A stretch of DNA of 64,000 nt from Tubiluchus corallicola. Its lineage: Eukaryota > Animalia > Priapulida. The notes below the pieces were generated by a model. It did no database searches. It was given only the letters and a program-made list of their open reading frames with translations, and was not told the origin of the DNA. Made by a program: the position numbers and the translations under genes. The stretch lies in contig JAQGDQ010000308.1 of the NCBI GenBank assembly GCA_030141605.1, forward strand, positions 62,001 to 126,000. Direction: 5' to 3'. This document shows positions 56,801-64,000 of the stretch, piece by piece (the stretch's first letter is position 1; every line of letters begins with the position of its first letter).

Positions 56801-59800
56801 GTGAATCTATTCAGCCATCAACCTCGCCACCATTCACCAGAATAAGCAGCCATCCCTTACAATGAGAAACAAAGCTTATTTTGTTTTAATATTGTTCTTT
56901 AAATGGCTGCCATTAAAAGCCTATTAGCTCAGACTAAATGCGGATGCTGGAAAACACTAAAATGAGCTTTTGATTTGACAACAATAGTTGGAGAAAAAGA
57001 TTGATACGGCACAGTTAAATCGATGCTTGCTAGCTCTTATTGATCAAAACTGCAAACTCTTCTGCAGATGCTTGTATATTTGAAAGGAGCTAAAAAATAG
57101 TCTCAGCCATACTTAATCCTACAAAAGCGTTTAACACAAAAAATCTTTAAAGATTCAGCACAAGTATTGTAGACACAACTGACATCAGCTGTCCACTTTG
57201 CCTGCTTGATGGCTTTCAAAATGACCTGCTGCAGACACGCACTGCTACAGGTGGACAGACCACAAAACAAATCAGTCCAGTAAGAGATGGAAAAATTGGA
57301 AGCTTCGCTATTCACTGCCAAAAAACAGTTTGTAGACCGACGAAAGATACAATCGAGCAGACAGAGAGATTAGTGAAAGACCACACAACCATAAAACAGT
57401 GATAGTTTACGTGTCCATTGCCTGTGAACCTCAGCAATTTAGTATGGAAAGGCATTATGCAGTATTAATTATTTAATATTATGGGGGTTACCACATATGT
57501 ATATATATATATATATATATATGTACATACATACTACATACATATACATGAGCATATATGTACGTACACGTAAGTAAAAAAAGAAAACCTTAACTTACTG
57601 TACAGTAAAGACATCTGATAGAATGTCAAACTGTGTGTAAAATCTTGCTTTTTTATCAAAAATACTTTATAGCTTTTACTTGACAACAGCATACCTCAAG
57701 TTTCTCCCTGAATTGCTCCACCTTATTGCGCATGTCATAGACGATAGAAGGCGTCTCTCCTCCCTCCACTAGAACTTTCTGCTCCAAGGCACTGATTCTG
57801 GAAAATCAATTTCAGTTTAACTAATTAAGATTGCATAATCAATTATGTTAATACTAATTGTTCTACAATAAATCAATTCTAGAAATTAGTAATTGATGGT
57901 ATGTGTAATTAACATTATCAGTTTGCAATGCTATCAAAAACTATCATTTAAGCATTATTATTTCAAGTACAAGAAAGCAAGACTACATCAGAAAGATGCT
58001 TATGTATATTATTTTCTACACATACAACATAACTTTTATTCACAGTTATTAAATTGCATCACACGATATCAAACATTTCAATAAAAGGTTGACGTGAAAT
58101 AAATTTAATGAGAAAAACTCTTAAAATGTATCAGCATAGCTTAGAACATACACACAGTTTTAGTTTACTCATATAGATAAAATCCCTATTTAATGGAAAT
58201 AAGTGTTGAATTTTAGTTTTCAGTTGCTGCGGCCAGCCACATTTGTTGTGTTACAGCAAACAACTGTTTCATCTTTAAGGGGATTGAAAGAAGTTACAAT
58301 CCCTGCTTTCAATTTACGTCGCCTTAACTGCAACACAAGATTTATCTCAAAATGTTTTTATTCGCGCTATGCTTGCCTTCGCAACACGATAAAACTGTCA
58401 GCGCAAAATACGCTAAAACGTTTCATCGTGCTCAAGAGAAACTTACCGTGCAATTATTCATAACCGACAAAATAATGAGCATCTCACAAACAATTTCCAA
58501 CGGATTTATTCACAGACACTTTGTCCATTATTTGCATTGATATAAATGCAGTGAAAATCTTAAATGCAATTGCAAAGAATTAGAATATACGGGCTGCGTG
58601 CATCCAATAACGTAGTTTCTGCAGATGCATTTAAATAAGAATTAAAATTTATGTTTAAAATATAAACAAACTGTATCAGAATGCTCGCCAGGTGTTCTAA
58701 TTTCTGAAAAAGTTCTTCGTCAAGTTTTTCATAAAATCTAATGTTGCTGCTGCCAATAGCTACTTGCCATTATAGTTGCTGTTGCTGTTATTGTTGTTGT
58801 TGCTACTGCTGCTGCTGCTGCCACCACTGCATTACCACTGACATTGTCATTGTTAACAGTATTTTGTTAAAATCTAACTTAACACATTAGTTTTGACAGA
58901 ATGAAGACATGTGTGATATAATTCTATAAGACTGGAAATATAGCCAGGTTGAAATGGACCTACACTGCTAAGCAAATGAATGGATGTTACAAACTATTCA
59001 TACTGCTGTACTGATTCAGGGAATGTGGGAAAAGCATAACTGTACCAACGCTGTAGTGAAAACATACTCTTATCTCATTATTACACCCAGTTTTGACAAG
59101 TAAAGAAGCCAATGTCACCTATTTGGCATCCATAAAATCTTTCGCAAAATTGCAAAATTTCTTTTCTTTATAGTTTTGAAGCGACATCAGTTTACGAAAA
59201 ACTAAGAAAGAGTTTATAAGAGAAATATAGAAACAGAGTATATGTACGTTTTACATGGCACAGAAGCATAATGCACATGTAATGCACATTCACGGACGTG
59301 TGGTTGCCTAATACATATATATCTACCGCACATCAGCGGCACAAACGTAAGGCAAGTTCACTAATGCTTATACGTAGTCCAGTTGACATTTAAATATTTT
59401 AATCTAGTAAGCAACAATTTATATAGCTCACACAAACTTCAACTTCAGAACTGGTTGAGTCTTGGTCGCTGGATCACAAAATGTGCCAGTGTGAGACACT
59501 TGCATATGAAGCCTTTAGTATGACGTGAAATTAACTCTGAGCCATGCATTACCTCAGGTGAAATGACGTCAGCGTACGTCAATGTGTGATTACGCTTACC
59601 CGGACTGCGTGACGGGCAATCGATCGGGACACTGGTCAATCAACAGGAGTCAGGCGGATAACGAGCTTTAACTCATCGATTCAAGCCGTCAACGTTTTAA
59701 AATACCTATTCGTGGTGGCAATCATGGTGGCGTAAAACTCGATCGGCTGTACGAAAATTCATTGACGCGCAACTACCATGAAGACTTGAAGTGAGAAGGA

Positions 59801-60405
59801 ATATAACGACAGACAGATTTGATTATAAAACACTTCGGCTTACGCTACATTTTATTTATATTATTTTCAAACAAAGAGACCATATGGCTAAATCATAGAA
59901 TTATCAGCTTTTTTTACAAACTACCTCTTGGTAACCCATGTGGGCAAAATAAGTTTCATTCCGATTAACTAATGAAAATTTCGTTGTTTGCAACGACTTA
60001 CAATACTGAATTATAGTTATAATAGGTAAGCATGCTTCTTGCCCTTTCTTTCATTTCTCTTACATAAACTGCTAATAATTGCAAAAATACGAGTTTTAGG
60101 GGGAAAGTTAATAGAACACGTCGTCTTATGATGTATCACCTGTAGGCCAAGCAAATGAGCAAAATAAAGAACCAATGATCACAACAAATAGAAAATGTAC
60201 GTGCTAAAATGTCAACAACCAAAAGCTATTCGAAGTAAGGCTTCCAATGTCATTTCTTAACTGATTAAAATCTTGATATCATGTGGTTTGATTATATGCA
60301 AATGGAACCCGAGATAAGCATAAAGCAGCAAATCAGAAAGAAAAAAGATTACATACCTGCTTTCCAAAGCTCCGATATCAAAACCAAGTTGGGCTGCTAC
60401 ATTAC
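29864..60405 (-). CDS. PDE9A: cGMP-specific phosphodiesterase 9-like (5' end not found in window). Exons 60405-60357, 57797-57695, 55614-55472, 44507-44366, 40613-40518, 40084-39962, 39099-38939, 35517-35412, 32163-32059, 31103-30957, 30046-29864
   Basis: Phase-consistent GT-AG chain of about 452 codons: [16 protein letters not shown], class I PDE signature [78 protein letters not shown]. These motifs are characteristic of the PDE9 family. Confidence 0.95.
30097..30480 (+). mobile_element. LTR-like CpG-rich insert in last PDE9 intron
   Basis: Starts TGTAAC; GGTGCTGCCCTCT motif shared with solo LTR at 11238-11665; AATAAA at about 30365; 24-bp inverted repeat 30248-30271/30413-30436; no TSD found. 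Confidence 0.4.
36352..36822. mobile_element. PIF/Harbinger (Tourist-like) MITE, 471 bp
   Basis: TAA TSD both sides; TIRs GGGGCCATTCACATATAACGAT / ATTGTTATATATGGGCGGCCCC; repeated CCTACC and CCTTGCGTTA subterminal motifs. Confidence 0.85.
46375..47263. mobile_element. Foldback/MITE, 889 bp, long TIRs with about 21-bp subterminal repeats
   Basis: ACTATAGGTTTTACACGTCAAATGTAGAC vs GTCTACATTTGACATGTAAAACCTATAGT (28/29); TCAAATGT repeats on the left, ACATTTGA repeats on the right. Confidence 0.88.
47935..48060. repeat. Degenerate pentanucleotide repeat (ACACA/ATGCA)n
   Basis: cacaacacaacacaagacaacacaac and related 5-mers. Confidence 0.7.
48278..48311. repeat. (ACT/ACC)n microsatellite
   Basis: Directly visible. 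Confidence 0.9.
49053..49098. repeat. Compound (ATT)n(AGT)n microsatellite
   Basis: Directly visible. Confidence 0.95.
51150..51760 (+). mobile_element. Heavily decayed L1/Tx1-like LINE fragment
   Basis: [10 protein letters not shown] and a frameshifted PRKNGGLG-like motif (about 51484-51506); A-rich strand; boundaries approximate. Confidence 0.35.
56180..57080 (-). mobile_element. hAT transposase C-terminal relic with a younger insert (about 56440-56865)
   Basis: Degenerate dimerisation-domain-like translation (LILVFPAS..GF..IKTK; [10 protein letters not shown]) and GGGGTAC subterminal motifs. Confidence 0.3.
58773..58835. repeat. Compound (GTT)n/(GCT)n trinucleotide tract
   Basis: Directly visible. 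Confidence 0.85.
59521..59800 (-). promoter_or_regulatory. CpG-rich segment with full CRE and candidate alternative non-coding first exon of PDE9
   Basis: TGACGTCA at 59564-59571, TGACG half sites at 59521 and about 59610; donor CGG|GTAAGC at 59599; CpG density visibly above flanks. Confidence 0.4.
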
Positions 60406-60867
60406 CTAGAAAATCATTAGAAAACTTCATTCTTTGACAGACATTCAAAACCCTAAATACTGGCAGGGGCGTATATTTCGGATCATTTCCATTTAAAGGT
60501 ACCTATAGCTTCTGTTTGCTCACGAATTTTGTAGATATAGACACCAACACTGTAAACGGTTACAGAGTATTATGCATAACGTGGCGGAATCTACTGACAA
60601 GGAAGGAAAAGCATTATAAGTTAATGCCCCTTTAAGATGGGGCAAACTTATCATTATGACTATAGTGTGTATAACACGCGCAACGTCGGTACTGCCCACG
60701 ACTTAGACGATTGCTGCAGACACAATACATTTATTTAATGTTCATTTTCACAAAATAAGACAATAGCCTACAGGGTATTTTCACAGACATAATATTAAAA
60801 ACAATAAGATCTGTTAACAGACAATATAACATAATACACACATCAATGACATCACCATGTAGCAGAT

Positions 60868-61545
60868 GCATGCCACCACTTACATTCACTACTACAACAT
60901 CCACCACGATGCATTTACCACTTACATTCATTACTACAACATCCACCACGATGCATTTACCACTTACATTCACTACTACAACATCCACCACGATGCATTT
61001 ACCACTTACATTCATTACTACAACATCCACCACGATGCATTTACCACTTACATTCATTACTACAACATCCACCACGATGCATTTACCACTTACATTCACT
61101 ACTACAACATCCACCACGATGCATTTACCACTTACATTCACTACTACAACATCCACCACGATGAATTTACCACTTACATTCATTACTACAACATCCACCA
61201 CGATGCATTTACCACTTACATTCACTACTACAACCATTTACCACTTACATTCACTACTACAACATCCACCACGATGCACTTACCACTTACATTCACTACT
61301 ACAACATCCACCACGATGCATTTACCACTTACATTCACTACTACAACATCCACCACGATGAATTTACCACTTACATTCATTACTACAACATCCACCACGA
61401 TGCATTTACCACTTACATTCACTACTACAACATCCACCACAGTGCATTTACCACTTACATTCACTACTACAACGTCCACCACGATGCATTTACCACTTAC
61501 ATTCACTACTACAACATCCACCATAGTGCATTTACCACTTACACT
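60868..61545. repeat. 42-bp minisatellite, about 16 copies
   Basis: Unit CATTTACCACTTACATTCACTACTACAACATCCACCACGATG; ninth unit truncated by 13 bp at about 61234. Confidence 0.98.
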
Positions 61546-61992
61546 TACACACATAAGCTGTAATGCCGCCTCTGCATCGCCATTGAGAACATGCAGCAGT
61601 CTTCTACAGAGCCGACATTGGTTTTATTATAATTTAGAAAAATCCCCTTACCACTTACAAGTGCAAGTTTTTACATTTCCAAACTTGTGTTATGTCTTGA
61701 TAATCTTATGCATTACCATTAATGTCTTTTACTTATTAAATGTAAAAGATTCCTACTTTAGCGTTAAAACCATTTACCTAGCCCTGTAATAGAGCAAATA
61801 TTCGTTCTGCATAATACTAATAATACTTGTACACTGAATGCACAATATTCCATTGATCTGGGGACGCTGTGACTAGTGTAAATTAATAATGGGGGAGCTA
61901 AAATAATTGCATTCACTAATGAGCCATTTCCGGGCTTCCAGAAGATTTGATTACCGCGTTCAGTTGAAGCACCTTTTTGCATGAAAAATATA

Positions 61993-62200
61993 AAGACAAA
62001 GACAAGATTTATTTACCGTCGCTCATTTAACAGACAACATCAGCAGTAACGGCTATTTAGTGACTTACACTTTAGTGACTCACAATACAGGTAAAGACAC
62101 ACGCACAAACATGTAAGATATATGTGCTGGCGTGGCAGCCGCTAGTCTCGAACTGAAGACTGCATGGTCGCAGTCCGAAATCTAAATCACTCAGCCACCT
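61993..62200 (-). mobile_element. tRNA-derived SINE
   Basis: Minus strand head GTGGCTGAGTG (A box) ... GTTCGAGACT (B box), unrelated body, AATAAA and (TCTTTG)n tail; no full cloverleaf. Confidence 0.65.
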
Positions 62201-64000
62201 AACCAAGGACAAACATTGCATGGCGCGGTTTCCTGTATAGCCCTGTCCACGTGAACGTTAATCTTAAGCATAACAAAAAGGCAAAATCAGTGTCCAGCAT
62301 CTAATTAGATACAATCATTATAAGCAAAAATTCACGAACAAAACTATCAAATTTCAATGAAATTCACATCGGCTACAGCAACTTCAACTAACTCTTAACA
62401 CTATGACCAAATTGGCCCTCTCTGAAAGTGGCTCGTTTCGTGAATAGCTAACATATTGTTCGTCTTTCAGCAAAATGAAGAAATCGGCTTACTGAAGTTC
62501 GTTTTGATTTATATTTTATTTGTACTGGCTTATCTTCCCTGGCGCAAGTAATTCGCTCTGCTTTATAAATCTTTTTCTTAGCGCACAAACATAACACTTA
62601 GGTAAACTCATGTGGACTTGCAGCTTTTCTTAAAGATTATAGCAATCAATGCTTTCTCGCTGCTAATGATGGAAAGCCCTTACTGCTAACCAACCTAAAT
62701 GGTCTTATTGTTATGACCCACTATTACGGTAACCGTACAGAGGATCTGCAATAAAGACCTAATTAATGCGGACTAATGCCTTTATTACACGTTTGCTGAT
62801 TAACAGAGCGTAATTAACAACATTTCTCAAAGAGATTCGACCAAAGTTGTATTTAATAATGATTAATCGAATCCAACGCGATGTTTAATTGCCTGATTCA
62901 ATTAATCTTGAGTGAGACCTAAAGGTGAACACTGAACAATAAGGGTATTGCTTTTCCTTACAAAAGTACCCCAAAGAAGGGCAGTGAACGCTCAATGTAA
63001 ATGCTATTGGTCCTGGCGTAGGACGTAAAAATATGGCTACAGATCGGGAGAATTAGAAATCTCATTGGCTTCTAAGGACCTTAACGTTTTCGGCAAGATT
63101 ACGAATACATTTTGAAGCGGATAAATTGTAAACACAGGCGAATCAATTTTTGGCAAAGAATTTCACAAGTACGCGGTCATATGGAAATCTGAATTCCAAA
63201 GAACTGCACAGATAAGAGACCCGAAGAAAATCCGGCGAAAACGAAGTAACCGCCTCAGGTAAGATCCTAGAAACGTCCTTGATAAGATTATGAGAAGCGG
63301 GGCAAAACGAGCCCTTGCAAGAAAACGATAAGAGATTAGAAGCCAGTGAGGACAGCCCTTGTGAGAAACCTCCATAAAAGTGACGTTAAAAAATTAGTTA
63401 AAAAATTAATGTAGGAAAAGGTCTATGATGAGCAAAAGACTTCACAGCTTCTTTGTCCGCATAGTAGCAAAAGTGACATTCATTAAGACGCACAAAATTC
63501 ACCTTCGTTTACGCACTGTCAATCTTCCAGGTAATACCAGTATTTAACAACACCAAATGCTACCTGTGATTAGACGCTCAGCCGTTTCATAAAGCTCGTT
63601 AATTTCCAGCAGCACGCAGCAGCACAACATCTCTAATGCGCGGATTTTGAAAATGATTGAATATTTTCGCAAGATTTAATCCAAATGAAGTTCATGATTT
63701 TCTATTTAAGATTATTAGCAAACATCACAAAATTTGTGTAAAATACAATGTAAAAGCAATCGCTTTTTGTTCGCATACCTCAGCTATTGCACGAGGCACT
63801 ATGCGGGTAAAGGCGCATACTTGGCGTTCATTAGTGCCTTGTTCACATAACAAAGCTATTACGCTAAGCACTAAGTGGATAAGGCGCATACTTAGTATTC
63901 CTTGGTGCCTCACTCATATAACTCAGATATTACGCAAAACACTATTTCTTGGCGCCTATCACACATTCGCGATCAGTATGGCACAAAACCTCTCTATTCA

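Noticed and set aside
60731-61789. Long ORFs (up to 307 aa; mucin-like, His/Tyr-rich, Val-rich) and superficial CRISPR-like periodicity
   Set aside because: Products of a 42-bp (multiple of 3) head-to-tail repeat with no unique spacers; an internal 13-bp deletion shifts frame; no signal peptide; eukaryotic intron with no cas genes
62140-62200. tRNA gene
   Set aside because: A and B boxes present but no complete cloverleaf, and followed by a SINE-like body and tail
63503-63563. Candidate next upstream PDE9 exon (AG...GT bounded, phase 1 end)
   Set aside because: In-frame TGA in the required frame and no PDE9 similarity; at most non-coding

Overview
AT-rich, intron-rich animal genomic DNA (invertebrate-like; taxon not determinable from sequence), so most entries in the ORF track are not genes. 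Reading splice sites by hand gives four protein-coding genes. (1) TTC33, minus strand, first three coding exons, running off the left edge. (2) An intronless NUDT7-type peroxisomal CoA diphosphatase lying inside TTC33 coding intron 1 on the same strand. (3) A complete 14-coding-exon LSG1 60S-export GTPase, plus strand, about 638 aa, containing a U12-type AT-AC intron. (4) The last 11 coding exons of a PDE9-type cGMP phosphodiesterase, minus strand, tail-to-tail with LSG1. TTC33/NUDT7 and LSG1 appear to diverge from a very compact bidirectional promoter near 11.8-11.95 kb, with an ETS-like site and a TCT initiator. The most unusual inferred arrangement is one leader exon serving two unrelated proteins (TTC33 or NUDT7) by alternative acceptor and terminal-exon choice, with short uORFs ending just before the main AUGs. 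Introns are full of transposon relics: a decayed LINE, a solo LTR with TSD, hAT/Harbinger/Kolobok-like MITEs, foldback elements, and 5S- and tRNA-derived SINEs. There is also a long (CT)n tract and a 42-bp minisatellite. No CRISPR array or intact tRNA/rRNA gene was seen.
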